64,000 nt of DNA from Candidatus Heimdallarchaeota archaeon (GTDB lineage Archaea > Asgardarchaeota > Heimdallarchaeia > JABLTI01): positions 32,001 to 96,000 of the forward strand of contig JABCTZ010000041.1 of the NCBI GenBank assembly GCA_018238155.1. The letters run 5' to 3'. Both the position numbers and the translations under genes were made by a program. Position 1 is the stretch's first letter, and the number at the start of each line of letters is the position of its first letter. This document shows positions 50,793 to 61,276 of the stretch, piece after piece. The notes below the pieces were generated by a model, which made no database searches, had not been told where the DNA came from, and was given only the letters and a program-made list of their open reading frames with translations.

Positions 50793-53700
50793 TCAGCCAT
50801 TTTTTCTTACGTCATCTAACATAATCTCTGCTTTTTCAAGTTCTTCTTGTTCCAATTCTTGTTGTTTTTTAAATTGAAGACGATATCGAATTTCAACAAA
50901 AATAACCATGCTTATGAAAGAAATAACAGGAACAATGGAGGATAACAAAACTAGTCGCAGTTGTATTGAACGTAAATTATCCTTGGAGTTATTTGGATCA
51001 GTTCCAGCAAGGATTTCATCTCTATCTGAGAAACCATCCGAATCGGTGTCTTTTAAAAATGGGCTTGTGTGGTATTTTTTAATTTCTTCCCAATCTGTTA
51101 AAGTATCTGCATCAGTATCTGCATCAAGAGGGTTTGTTCCATAGACATGGACTTCATCTCCATCGGATAATAAATCTGAATCGGTATCAAGAACATAAAT
51201 ATCTGTCCCATGAAGATATTCATCAATATTTGATAAATTATCTTTATCTGGATCTTCAAGTGAATCATCAATTAATATTAGTAATGAATTTCGATATTCG
51301 AAGAAATCATCCATTCCATCTCCATCGGTATCGTTACTCAAGGGATTTGACAACAGAGTAAAAATTTCAAAATCATCATTTAACAAATCTTTATCAGAAT
51401 CTCGAGAAGTGGGATCAGTACCATAGATTAGAACTTCATCACCATCTCGCAAATTATCTCTATCTGTATCACTCTTCAGAGGGTTGCTTTTATAGATTAA
51501 AATTTCTTCACCATCATTTAAATTATCCCAATCTGTATCAAACAGGGCAGGATTTGTATAATTTCCTTTTGTTTCAAATCCATCTTGTAATCCATCTCCA
51601 TCCGTATCAGGGTTTAATGGATCAGTTAAAAAGTATTTTTCGTCTAATGTACCCAAACCATCTAGATCGGTATCATTCTGCAAAACAATCCAATTAATAT
51701 AATCTACCATTTCAAAAAAAATCGATATCTCTTCTGTTACATTATTATATGCAAACACAGGCAGAGATTTATCCATAGCGTGATAAAAAATGGTCCTATC
51801 ATCAATCCATAATCCAGCAGAATTTCTCTTAATAATTTTCAAATAATCAAGAGTAGTTGCATGCCAATAGCTTATCATTGCATCTAATTCATAATAGACC
51901 AAGTAAAATTCATCTTCAATAGACATAACATCAAAATATGATTCACTTCCAGTTCCATATAGAAAAATACCATTATTAACCCAAAAACCGCCTTTAGCTT
52001 TGTATAAGCTATAAAAATCTGTATCATAAATATTTTGCCAGTGAGAAATAACAATACTATCAGTTAAAATCAAATCAAGATTTCCTTCTGAATCAGAGAT
52101 AAGTTTTGGACGACTCATTCTATTATATGATGCAACAACAATTGATGGGGAAGTCCAATCTTCGCCAATATTTTTTGAACGATAGATTATACTAGAAAAA
52201 TGGAATGAAACAGAATATTCTACATTTACCAAGTGCAATGTTCCATCCGGTTCAGCAATTGCATGTAATTGAAAGTCATGTGATTCGACTTCGTATGTTG
52301 GTAGACTTATTGGATCAGTAAAATTTTCTTCATTAAATGGTTTCATTGAATAACCAATTTCGTAGATTTCGCTATTTTGGTTGTATTGAACCCAAAATGC
52401 ATGAATATTTAACTGTTCATCGAAGAAAATTGACCTCTCTTCAAGAAGGTCGATCGATAATAAGGGAGTAAATAGCAGCTTTGGTAAAGACCAATTGTTC
52501 TGATTTTTATTCTTAGTTGTCATAAAAAGACCGGTTCTACTAGTTTCTGAGTCAAGAGAAATATAGAAAGCATAGAGAGTATCATTTTCATCTATCAGTA
52601 AATTGGTATTGGTTACATCGTACAATTCATCAACAATACTTGTATAACCAGACCAAGATGTTTCATTCAACAATTTCTTCTGATAGAAAATTTCATCTTC
52701 ATTTCTATTCTTATGATGACAAATCAGATGCAATATTCCGTCTGAATCTGTAACAACTGATTGGAAATAAAAATTATTACCACCAAAATAGATTTCTGAT
52801 TCTGCAGAGAAATTTCCGCTTCTGGAATAATTTTTTGAAACAATCGAACCATCTGATAAATAAAATATATTAGCGATTAAAGTTGAGCTATTTAATGGAC
52901 TAAAAAAATCAGGATGTTTAGAATAATCATCTGTAGAAATGAGTACTCCTGCACTCCACGAAGAATTTGATGCGAATAATTTTCTTTGATATAGATGATG
53001 CTTTAAACTTACAATTTGTTCGTAAACTAAATAGACATCATCTGTTAAACTGTCCTCAACAATTGTTGCATAATAAGAACTCGTCGAAGCAGCATTAAAT
53101 TGTTTGTAAACATTTACTAGTATTTCAGTTTCCAACAATTCTCCATAACACATAGCATAATATTTTGGTCTTTCAATCCAAAGAAGAAAATTGCCACCAG
53201 ACAATTTCGGAAAAATAAACACTCCATCAATTTTATCCTCACTAGTAGCTATTTCTGTATGTGCATTCCATGATTTGGTAGTTTCATTGTATTGTGAATA
53301 AACTAAAAAATTATCACCATCAAAGCTTGTGGCTCTAGACCAAGCAATTCTTAATGAATCATAAGTAGAACAAACTCCAATGTGCACAGGATTTGATTCA
53401 TTGAAAAGTATCCATGGTTCAGATAACCAAAGAGCTGTAGTTAAATTTAATCTCTTTATACATACATGGCTATCCCAATTTACTGATGTACTTGAATCTT
53501 CTTCACATTTCCAAACAACATTTATAGTATCATTATGAGTTAGAACTAAAGCCAATTCAGATATTTCATAAAATAAGGAATCAAAAATCAATTCATTAGA
53601 GAAATTCAAATTATACGAAGGTGATTGGAAATAATATAATCTATATTGTCCAATTCTGTAAGCGTAAAATACGATATGAATGCCACCTTCGGTATCTATC

Positions 53701-54155
53701 AATAGTTGTGGTAATTTCACTTGCGTAATCAATCTAAAAACAATTTCAGGTTCAATCCAATTTACAGAATCATTTGAATACGAATACATAAGAGATAACC
53801 CATGATATGTTAACTGTTGAAACCAAACACAATGTGTTGAACCATTTTGTCCCATAGCAATTGCATATTCATTTATAAGCAATTTTTCATTTGTAATCCG
53901 AAATGCCTCCCCAAAAATAGCTGTTGATTCATCAAATGAATCTGTTATGAAATCAACATCTACAACATTCTCGCCAACATCTACAGATACTTCTTTATCA
54001 TCTTGTTGTATAGCAAACTCTTCATCTATTGTAATAACTGCTGATAACTGAAATTTACTTTGAGATATTTGAGGTAAGAAAGCACTCAAAATAATTAGTA
54101 GTGCAAATATTGAAATAATTTTTGAATGATGGGAGACTTTTTTCATATATTTCAC
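50793..54155 (-). CDS. Large surface protein: BNR-like propeller repeats, TSP3-like Ca-binding repeats and C-terminal TM
   Basis: Signal peptide; D..G.IH.V / W..P repeats; about ten DTDxDGLxDGxE repeats; TM and acidic tail. Confidence 0.8.
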   Translation of the reverse strand: MKYMKKVSHHSKIISIFALLIILSAFLPQISQSKFQLSAVITIDEEFAIQQDDKEVSVDVGENVVDVDFITDSFDESTAIFGEAFRITNEKLLINEYAIAMGQNGSTHCVWFQQLTYHGLSLMYSYSNDSVNWIEPEIVFRLITQVKLPQLLIDTEGGIHIVFYAYRIGQYRLYYFQSPSYNLNFSNELIFDSLFYEISELALVLTHNDTINVVWKCEEDSSTSVNWDSHVCIKRLNLTTALWLSEPWILFNESNPVHIGVCSTYDSLRIAWSRATSFDGDNFLVYSQYNETTKSWNAHTEIATSEDKIDGVFIFPKLSGGNFLLWIERPKYYAMCYGELLETEILVNVYKQFNAASTSSYYATIVEDSLTDDVYLVYEQIVSLKHHLYQRKLFASNSSWSAGVLISTDDYSKHPDFFSPLNSSTLIANIFYLSDGSIVSKNYSRSGNFSAESEIYFGGNNFYFQSVVTDSDGILHLICHHKNRNEDEIFYQKKLLNETSWSGYTSIVDELYDVTNTNLLIDENDTLYAFYISLDSETSRTGLFMTTKNKNQNNWSLPKLLFTPLLSIDLLEERSIFFDEQLNIHAFWVQYNQNSEIYEIGYSMKPFNEENFTDPISLPTYEVESHDFQLHAIAEPDGTLHLVNVEYSVSFHFSSIIYRSKNIGEDWTSPSIVVASYNRMSRPKLISDSEGNLDLILTDSIVISHWQNIYDTDFYSLYKAKGGFWVNNGIFLYGTGSESYFDVMSIEDEFYLVYYELDAMISYWHATTLDYLKIIKRNSAGLWIDDRTIFYHAMDKSLPVFAYNNVTEEISIFFEMVDYINWIVLQNDTDLDGLGTLDEKYFLTDPLNPDTDGDGLQDGFETKGNYTNPALFDTDWDNLNDGEEILIYKSNPLKSDTDRDNLRDGDEVLIYGTDPTSRDSDKDLLNDDFEIFTLLSNPLSNDTDGDGMDDFFEYRNSLLILIDDSLEDPDKDNLSNIDEYLHGTDIYVLDTDSDLLSDGDEVHVYGTNPLDADTDADTLTDWEEIKKYHTSPFLKDTDSDGFSDRDEILAGTDPNNSKDNLRSIQLRLVLLSSIVPVISFISMVIFVEIRYRLQFKKQQELEQEELEKAEIMLDDVRKNG

Positions 54156-54327
54156 ATCGTATAGTAAAATTAATGATAGCTATTAGATCTATTCTCATTC
54201 GTATGAGAATGATTTATTTTTTAATATACTTTTCTGAGAATCTGTTTGATAATTATATAGTCTAGAAAGCAATTTTAATTAAAGATAATATTTAAAACAG
54301 CAAATCAAAAGAATTGAGTAGATAAAA

Positions 54328-55104
54328 ATGAACAAAATAACTCGCAGCTCAAATAACTTAGAAAAAATAGCTAAGGATTTTACAGATGGATATTGTAAAA
54401 AGATGCTTGTAATATTTGGTTCTTGTTATGCAATTTTTGATGGAAGAATAAAATCGTTTTTACCTATAGGTGATCGTCACTTCTTTGTCAAAAAAGATGA
54501 AACTCTGATTCTCCATGGATCAAAGGGATTAAAACCCTTGAATTGGCAGCTTGGAGGAGCAGGTAAAATCAAGTTTCTAGTAGAGGAAGGAAAACTAATA
54601 GTGAAAACTTTTAGACCAAAAACAAAAGAGTCATTAGAAATAATCTTTGAAAAAGTATATGAATCAATTATTTACGATGCACATGATTCCGGTTCTCTAA
54701 GTATCTATGGATCAGAAAGTGATCTTTCAAATTACTTGTACGACCATCCTGAAATAATTGACAAAGATTTTCAACCTACAGCAAGGGAATTTGAAACGCC
54801 CTTTGGTTTTTTAGACTTACGTGGAGTAGACAAAGAAGGAAATATTATTGTTATTGAAGTAAAAAAAAGAAGTGCCTCACCTGCAGATGCACAACAATTA
54901 AAACGATATGTAGAATATTTTGCTAAAGTAGAGAAGGTAAAAGTTCGAGGAATACTGGTTGCAAAAAGCTTTCCAAAAAAAGTGATGAATGTTCTGAATG
55001 TCAATGGTCTTGAGGCAGTAGAAGTTCCTTGGCTAGAGATATTTCCAGCATTATCAAACGAGAAACCTTCTATTACTATTGATGCGTTTTTCAAAAAAGA
55101 CTAA
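54328..55104 (+). CDS. nucS: Endonuclease NucS (EndoMS)
   Basis: DGRIKS.L..GDR...KKD...H...KPLNWQ, G.ESDL, RE...GFLDL...EVKK, QLKRY, VRGILVA. Confidence 0.93.
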   Translation: MNKITRSSNNLEKIAKDFTDGYCKKMLVIFGSCYAIFDGRIKSFLPIGDRHFFVKKDETLILHGSKGLKPLNWQLGGAGKIKFLVEEGKLIVKTFRPKTKESLEIIFEKVYESIIYDAHDSGSLSIYGSESDLSNYLYDHPEIIDKDFQPTAREFETPFGFLDLRGVDKEGNIIVIEVKKRSASPADAQQLKRYVEYFAKVEKVKVRGILVAKSFPKKVMNVLNVNGLEAVEVPWLEIFPALSNEKPSITIDAFFKKD

Positions 55105-55160
55105 AACTGACTTTGGTTATCTACACTAGAAATTTATAGTTAATCTGATATCAATATCAT

Positions 55161-56444
55161 ATGTCAAAGGAAAAGGAAACTAATATGGATTTTGTAGGCG
55201 AATTTGCTGAATATTCATATTCATTAATTGAAAAAATCTGTAATGATATTGGTCCTAGATATTCTTCTTCTCAGGAAGAAAAAAAAGCTAATTTATTATT
55301 AAAGGATGAATTGAGCAAATTTTGTGATGAAACAAACATTGAAGAATTTGAAACAAGACCAAATTTATATCCTCAAGGAATTATTCGAATAACTTTTCTA
55401 ATTGGTGGATTAGCTTTTTTCTCTATTCTGTTAGCTTATCCATTTTCCATTATAGCTTCTATTTTGGTTTTTATTTCAGTGCTCGTACTCTTTTTTGAAT
55501 TAATGCTAATTAAAGGATGGGCAAAATTCCTCTTTCGAAAAGGAACATCAAGTAATGTTTATGGAATTATCAAACCGTCAGAAGAAGTAAAATGTAGAAT
55601 TTTGTTAGAAGGTCACACAGATTCTGCGATTCAAATGAGGATTTCAACAATAAAAGGCGATTCTATTGCAACGTTTTTGCTTATTATGAGTTTAACGTAT
55701 AACTTGTTTTCTTTTATCTATCCAATCGTTAAAATTATTCTTCAATCACAAACAAGTGATCATTATGTTCTTTATGACCTCACTGTTTTTCAATGGACAA
55801 AATTAGACTTGTTTTGTTATCCGGTTGTGTTTGTTTTATTTTTACTTAATATTACAACTTTTTCCCTTTTCCTTGGTAATAAAGTAGTCATGGGAGCAAA
55901 TGATAATCTTTCAGGAACAGCGGTAGCTTTTGCAGTTGGTAAATATTTCAGTGAAAACAAACTGAAAAATGTTGAATTGATTATTGCATCAATGGGATCT
56001 GAAGAAGTAGGGGAAAGGGGAGCGCACCATTTTGTAAAAAAACATCCAGAATTATTTGAAAATTCTCTTTCTTTGGTTTTTGAGTGTGTTGGTGCAGGAG
56101 TAGAATTACTTTTAGTAGAATTTGATTTTATGCACCTTGCAAAATATAGTTCAGAAGTTATATCAAAATTTGAAAAAGGTTACAATCGCTACAAAGAAAT
56201 TGATTCAAATATTATTCCGATGAGAATTGGTCGATTAATAATCGGTTCATCAGATGCTAATGTCTACACAAAAGAAGGGTATGAAGCGGCTTTTATTATA
56301 ATTTTAGATGAAAATACTAAACATAGACCAGTACAATGGCATACTATTAATGATACTTTGGAATTTATAGATAAGAAAATTTTACAAGATATTATTGGTA
56401 TTTCGATTTGCTTTGTTGAACAGATTGAAAACAATTGTTCATGA
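55161..56444 (+). CDS. M28 family peptidase with inserted TM segments
   Basis: GPR, SSNVYG, GHTDS, GANDNLSG, GSEEVG, SSDA, WHTINDT. Confidence 0.88.
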   Translation: MSKEKETNMDFVGEFAEYSYSLIEKICNDIGPRYSSSQEEKKANLLLKDELSKFCDETNIEEFETRPNLYPQGIIRITFLIGGLAFFSILLAYPFSIIASILVFISVLVLFFELMLIKGWAKFLFRKGTSSNVYGIIKPSEEVKCRILLEGHTDSAIQMRISTIKGDSIATFLLIMSLTYNLFSFIYPIVKIILQSQTSDHYVLYDLTVFQWTKLDLFCYPVVFVLFLLNITTFSLFLGNKVVMGANDNLSGTAVAFAVGKYFSENKLKNVELIIASMGSEEVGERGAHHFVKKHPELFENSLSLVFECVGAGVELLLVEFDFMHLAKYSSEVISKFEKGYNRYKEIDSNIIPMRIGRLIIGSSDANVYTKEGYEAAFIIILDENTKHRPVQWHTINDTLEFIDKKILQDIIGISICFVEQIENNCS

Positions 56445-56532
56445 AATGTATTAGCTATTTATGAAAAGATGAATAGCTGGAAATCTATACCTATAAATAC
56501 TAAATTTCTCGATATTTAATTGGGAGTAATTA

Positions 56533-57111
56533 TTGACAGAATCAAATTCAGATTATCTTGTAGGGTTAATTGTTTTTATTTTATTCATAGTGGGTGGTTT
56601 TTTTATTTATTTAAGCAGCTCATTTACTGTAAGTAACTATGTGGATGATGATAAATATTACCTTTTTAAAACATACTTTTTTGGTCATTGGGGTTTAGAA
56701 GAAGATGACGAATTACTCCATGACGGTGGAGTAGGATAATTAGAGAATTTTCCAGTATACTCAAGTGTATTAATTATTGTTGGATTAATTTTGAGTTATG
56801 TCAGTCTATTTATGTTACAATTCTACCAAAGTAGAAAACATCAGTATTTTAATATTCATCGAAGAATAGCCGGTTTTTCAGTAATCTTAGTTAATATTAT
56901 AGGATTAACTGGTACATTATTACATATCCCATATGCTAAATATTTGAATTCTGTTTACGGAACAACACAAGTTTATAATGGTTTTATTCTAGCGATAATA
57001 TTTTTCAGCCTATTTATGATTGTTGGAATACCAGCATCAATTAAACCTGATCGTTTTACAAAAATAAGAACTAAAACAAGAGAAATGAATGAAGCAGAAG
57101 AAAGCAATTAA
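56533..57111 (+). pseudogene. Multi-TM membrane protein with a single in-frame TAA at 56737-56739
   Basis: ORFs 56533-56739 and 56791-57111 share a frame; the 17 codons between them are open and begin a TM helix (LENFPVYSSVLIIVGLI). Confidence 0.6.
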
Positions 57112-57440
57112 TCATTATTTATATTTTCTTCTTTTTCTCTTTTCAATAACGCTTGTTCTGCAAGTAACTGTAATTCTTCTTCGAATTCATTATTTTTTGC
57201 ATTCGTTAATGCAGTGATTATTTTCATTTCTAGAGAATCTACTATAGCCATATCTGAAAAAGTATTGATAATGACTTTACGAACTTTTTTGCTCTCATCA
57301 ATTTGTAGTAATAGAATAAGATAATCAATTATTTCTTCATCAAAAGAATTAAGAGATTTTTTTATACCAGCTATTCTCTTTCTGAATGATTCATGATAGA
57401 GTAGTTTCAAAATTTTAGACTGGTTAATTTTTTTGTTCAT
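57108..57440 (-). CDS. Small HEAT-like repeat protein
   Basis: RKRIAGIKKS, LLQIDESKKVRK, LAEQAL. Confidence 0.55.
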   Translation of the reverse strand: MNKKINQSKILKLLYHESFRKRIAGIKKSLNSFDEEIIDYLILLLQIDESKKVRKVIINTFSDMAIVDSLEMKIITALTNAKNNEFEEELQLLAEQALLKREKEENINND

Positions 57441-57473
57441 TTCAGTTTTTCAATCTTAATCTCATTTATTAAT

Positions 57474-58544
57474 TTAATTGAAAGCAAGCTTAAACGCAAA
57501 AAGCATTACTACACCACCAACAGTAAGTAGCACACCAATAAGACCCATTAGAGTTACTTTTTCACGGTTGAATAACCAGCTTATTGGAATAGCAAACAAA
57601 GGACTTGCTGAACCAATTATTGAAACAAAAGCAGCATTTACTAGGAAAATCGCTTCAGTATACAAATAAGCACCTATTGATGTTCCGATAATTGCTCCAA
57701 GGAATAACAGGAGCCAAGTCGTCTTCCCCCAAGTTTTAACTTTTGTTTTTTTATCACCAATACTCATAACCGATAATATACTTGCAGCAATGGGAAATCG
57801 AACTACATTCCCCAATAAACTACTGAATTGACCATCACCCATAAAAATCGCTACATCATTAATCGCTTTATTAGTCAACACTATTCCTATGGACCAAGAA
57901 ATCGCAGCAAATAATGCTATACCAATTGCAAAAAGTAAATTTTTTTTTGATTTTTGTTTTGGTTCTGATATATCAATATTAGTTTCAAGGGTTTCTTTTG
58001 AAAGATCAATTTCTTCATTCCCAGCAGAAATAGAAGAATTTTCAGAAATTATTCCTTCATTTTCTGCAGATTGCACAAGAGTTTTTGAAGCTTTTTGAAA
58101 ATTACCTTTGTTAAGACAACGATTTTTTCCCAATCCAATAACAATCACTCCAACAACAATCATACACACTGCACCATAGAAATACACTGGAATAACATCA
58201 CCCAAAATGTAAGAAATAATAATAGTAAAAATTGGAAAAGTCATTGCAATAGCAAGTGCTAAAGTAGTTCCTAGCATTTCTTGAGCTTTGAAATATGCTG
58301 TATCACCCAAAACTTGACCAAATAAGAAGCTTAAAGCAAGCCAGAGCCACAAAATTGGTGGAAATTGAAAAATTGTTGTAAACTGTCCAATTATAAGAGA
58401 GATAAACAAATATGTCAAGAACCCAACAATAGTCCGAAAAGCGTTTATTTGGGAAGGAGAAACTTTAGTATCAACGCGCTTAAAAATTGCATTTGATAAA
58501 ACAAAACAAAGGGTCGCTCCAATAGCAAAAAGTTCTCCTAACAT
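57474..58544 (-). CDS. DMT (EamA) family transporter
   Basis: Two 5-TM halves: GDTAYF...TFPIFT and SASPLFAIP...REKV. Confidence 0.9.
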   Translation of the reverse strand: MLGELFAIGATLCFVLSNAIFKRVDTKVSPSQINAFRTIVGFLTYLFISLIIGQFTTIFQFPPILWLWLALSFLFGQVLGDTAYFKAQEMLGTTLALAIAMTFPIFTIIISYILGDVIPVYFYGAVCMIVVGVIVIGLGKNRCLNKGNFQKASKTLVQSAENEGIISENSSISAGNEEIDLSKETLETNIDISEPKQKSKKNLLFAIGIALFAAISWSIGIVLTNKAINDVAIFMGDGQFSSLLGNVVRFPIAASILSVMSIGDKKTKVKTWGKTTWLLLFLGAIIGTSIGAYLYTEAIFLVNAAFVSIIGSASPLFAIPISWLFNREKVTLMGLIGVLLTVGGVVMLFAFKLAFN

Positions 58545-58705
58545 AACATGAACTGCTTAACAATTCTTTTAAGTTTATTTCTGAAGAACTGAATAAACCA
58601 TTTTTTACATGTATATTCAAGAAATGAAATCAATGCAAATATTCCAATAAGATAAAAAAAGAATTATTTGAGACGTTTTGATGAACGCCTCAGTTTTGCT
58701 TAAAA

Positions 58706-61171
58706 CTATGACCTTGTTTTTTTCTTCTTGATTACAACAATGAAGACTACTATGAGGATTAAAGCTACTAATCCAACACCAGCAATGACATAAGCCCACC
58801 ATGGAAGATCAATTAGTGGTGCAAGAGAATTATCAAAATTAATTGATACTTCGTATAAATGAACACTACGATCTTCTGGACCGATGATATTCGCTTTCCA
58901 TAGTAATTCATTGCCGCTGAAAACAAAATCGTGACTTATTCCAGGAGTAACTAGTTCCCAGTTTGTTCCACCATCAGCAGACATAAAAAATTCAATAGAG
59001 GTACCAACAGGAGTATAAGCATCAAAATCAAGAGTTGCTTTTTGAATCCGACCTGAATCAAAAGAATCAATCTCTAATGATTGAACGGTAGAAACATCAG
59101 TCATATATGTATCTGCAGCACTTTTGAAGTGGCGCAAGATGATCAAATTTGTTGTATTGGCAATAAAAGTGAAATCACCATGAGAAGTTACTTGACGAGC
59201 AGCTGTAGCTTTTGGATAGATACTTTGAGTAACAATATTATCCATATTTGCTGCATCAATTAGTGCTATACCGGCTGCTTTATCTGCAGAAAATAGATAT
59301 GGTCCAAAACTACTAACACCATGGGAATCTCTGTCAACATTGTCACCTAAAGTTAATAAAAATGGATTTGATGTGTTATATGTCCAAACACCATTTCCAT
59401 CAGAAGTTCCAGCAAGATACATTACATCACCATCAACTTCTATATCATAATTGTAATCATATCTCAATCTAGAGGCGAGTAATTTTGGATTATCTATATC
59501 TCGGATATCATAAACATGAACACATGATGAAGATCCTGAATTTCTATTCTCTGCTAAATAAAGAAGTGTTCCTTGAACAGAAATAGCAGTTACATTTTCA
59601 AAACTATCATCAAAACTATCTAAAATGAATATAACATTAGGATTAGAAACATTGTAAATATAAACGCCATATTCACCATCTGCTATCCAAGCGATTTCTC
59701 CTGCTACAGCAATATCAGTAGGATATGTAAGATAACTATAATCTGTTTCAACAATATTGGAAGGATTACTAATATTGAATACCCGAAAAGCAGAATTATA
59801 ATCGATTACATAAGCAAAGTGTTCATTTACTTCCAAACTTCCTGCGAAATTGGTTACATTTATCTGATCTAACAGAATTGGATTGGAAGGGTCTCGAATG
59901 TTGAGAGTATAAAAGCCATCTGCTCCTCCGGCAATGTATGCAATATCGCCCCGTATTTTTATATCTGAAGCACCATATTGATTAAAAGTATTTGAATAAA
60001 CTTCTTCAGAAATATTTGTAATACCTACTCCAGCACAGAGACGTAATGTATGGATTCCAGAATCTGTTCCAACAACTAAATCACCGCCATAAAGATCAAT
60101 ATCCCAAGTATAAGATAAAGCAATATTAGTTACTGGTGATGGATGGCTTTTATCTGCAACATCAATTACTTGCACTCCACCTGTTCCATCAGCAACAAAA
60201 AGTGTTCTTCCTTGCAATTTCATTCTACGAGCATTACCAGGTGTATCACAAGTGCCCAGTAATATGGGGTTTGTTGGATTACGAACATCAACAATATGCA
60301 CTCCTCCGGGTCCATCGGCAATATATGCAAATCCTCCTTCTACAAGAACATCAGTTGCATTCCCAGGTGTATCAATATGTCCTACAACTACTGGTGATTG
60401 TTTATTAGAAATATCTAGTATATAGAAGCCATCTGTACTAGCTGCAATGTAGGCAAAATTATCTGAAACATCTAAACCAAGTGTGTTATTATTATTCCAA
60501 TCGGTTTCTATCAAGTGTATATCATCAGGATCTGCCACATCCATAATTTGAAATGAATACATTGTAGAGCTTCTGTAATTTGAAAAGTAAACATATTGAC
60601 CTTGTGGTTCAATATCTGTAACATTGCCCAGTGTTATATACCAATCAAGATATTTACCTATACCATTTAAATCAAATGGATTACTTACATTATAAGTATT
60701 GAAACTTTGTGATCGACCAGTATAAACTACATCACCATCAACTGCAACAGAAATCGTTCTGCTGAGAGAATCTCTTTCACTCAAAAAATTAATACTACTT
60801 GGATCTTCAATACTAAAACAAGAAATAGTGTGATCAGATGTCAAATAACCATATTGAACTACATAGGCTTTTCTTCCTTGAACAGCTAATCCTCTTACAG
60901 GTAAAGTTGTTGAATAAAAGTCCAATTCTGATAGAGTAAAATTTCTATCCTTAGTTACTGTTCCACTACCCCAACCAAAGGCAGTTGTAGATCCATTCAT
61001 AACTGTTGTTGTAGTAAAATCTTCTAAATAGGAATCAACAGCATTTATTGTAAATGGTTGTTCATCTAAAGACATACTTGTACCATATTGTGATGGAACA
61101 ATCATCATCGTAAAGAAGATTGAACTTAATATAAACACCGAAAAAATATAACGTTTTCTATTTTCTATCAT
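58706..61171 (-). CDS. LVIVD-repeat beta-propeller surface protein with C-terminal TM
   Basis: Repeats such as GGFAYIADGPGGVHIVDVRNPTNP; signal peptide; TM followed by KKKKTRS. Confidence 0.9.
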   Translation of the reverse strand: MIENRKRYIFSVFILSSIFFTMMIVPSQYGTSMSLDEQPFTINAVDSYLEDFTTTTVMNGSTTAFGWGSGTVTKDRNFTLSELDFYSTTLPVRGLAVQGRKAYVVQYGYLTSDHTISCFSIEDPSSINFLSERDSLSRTISVAVDGDVVYTGRSQSFNTYNVSNPFDLNGIGKYLDWYITLGNVTDIEPQGQYVYFSNYRSSTMYSFQIMDVADPDDIHLIETDWNNNNTLGLDVSDNFAYIAASTDGFYILDISNKQSPVVVGHIDTPGNATDVLVEGGFAYIADGPGGVHIVDVRNPTNPILLGTCDTPGNARRMKLQGRTLFVADGTGGVQVIDVADKSHPSPVTNIALSYTWDIDLYGGDLVVGTDSGIHTLRLCAGVGITNISEEVYSNTFNQYGASDIKIRGDIAYIAGGADGFYTLNIRDPSNPILLDQINVTNFAGSLEVNEHFAYVIDYNSAFRVFNISNPSNIVETDYSYLTYPTDIAVAGEIAWIADGEYGVYIYNVSNPNVIFILDSFDDSFENVTAISVQGTLLYLAENRNSGSSSCVHVYDIRDIDNPKLLASRLRYDYNYDIEVDGDVMYLAGTSDGNGVWTYNTSNPFLLTLGDNVDRDSHGVSSFGPYLFSADKAAGIALIDAANMDNIVTQSIYPKATAARQVTSHGDFTFIANTTNLIILRHFKSAADTYMTDVSTVQSLEIDSFDSGRIQKATLDFDAYTPVGTSIEFFMSADGGTNWELVTPGISHDFVFSGNELLWKANIIGPEDRSVHLYEVSINFDNSLAPLIDLPWWAYVIAGVGLVALILIVVFIVVIKKKKTRS
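59109..59182. repeat. 74-bp exact repeat shared with 61959-62032
   Basis: gtatctgcagcacttttgaagtgg...gtgaaatcaccatg is identical in both LVIVD paralogs. Confidence 0.9.
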
Positions 61172-61276
61172 TTCATTTTACCTCAAACTCTAATCGCTAT
61201 GCTTATATTCTTCTTGGAAAATATAAAATTACCCTAAAAAATTGGATATGTTTAGATAAACACCTCTATTTGGTTA

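Noticed and set aside
50990-51680. Periodic repeats as a CRISPR array or DNA tandem repeat (also ~41060-41545)
   Set aside because: Periodicity is at the protein level (DxDxDG repeats) with degenerate codons; no identical repeats, spacers or cas genes.
1259-60408. Numerous short ORFs antisense to or nested in long genes (e.g. 2132-2530, 13835-14242, 47635-48084, 54771-55094)
   Set aside because: They overlap well-supported genes, carry no motifs and look like antisense shadows of AT-rich coding sequence.
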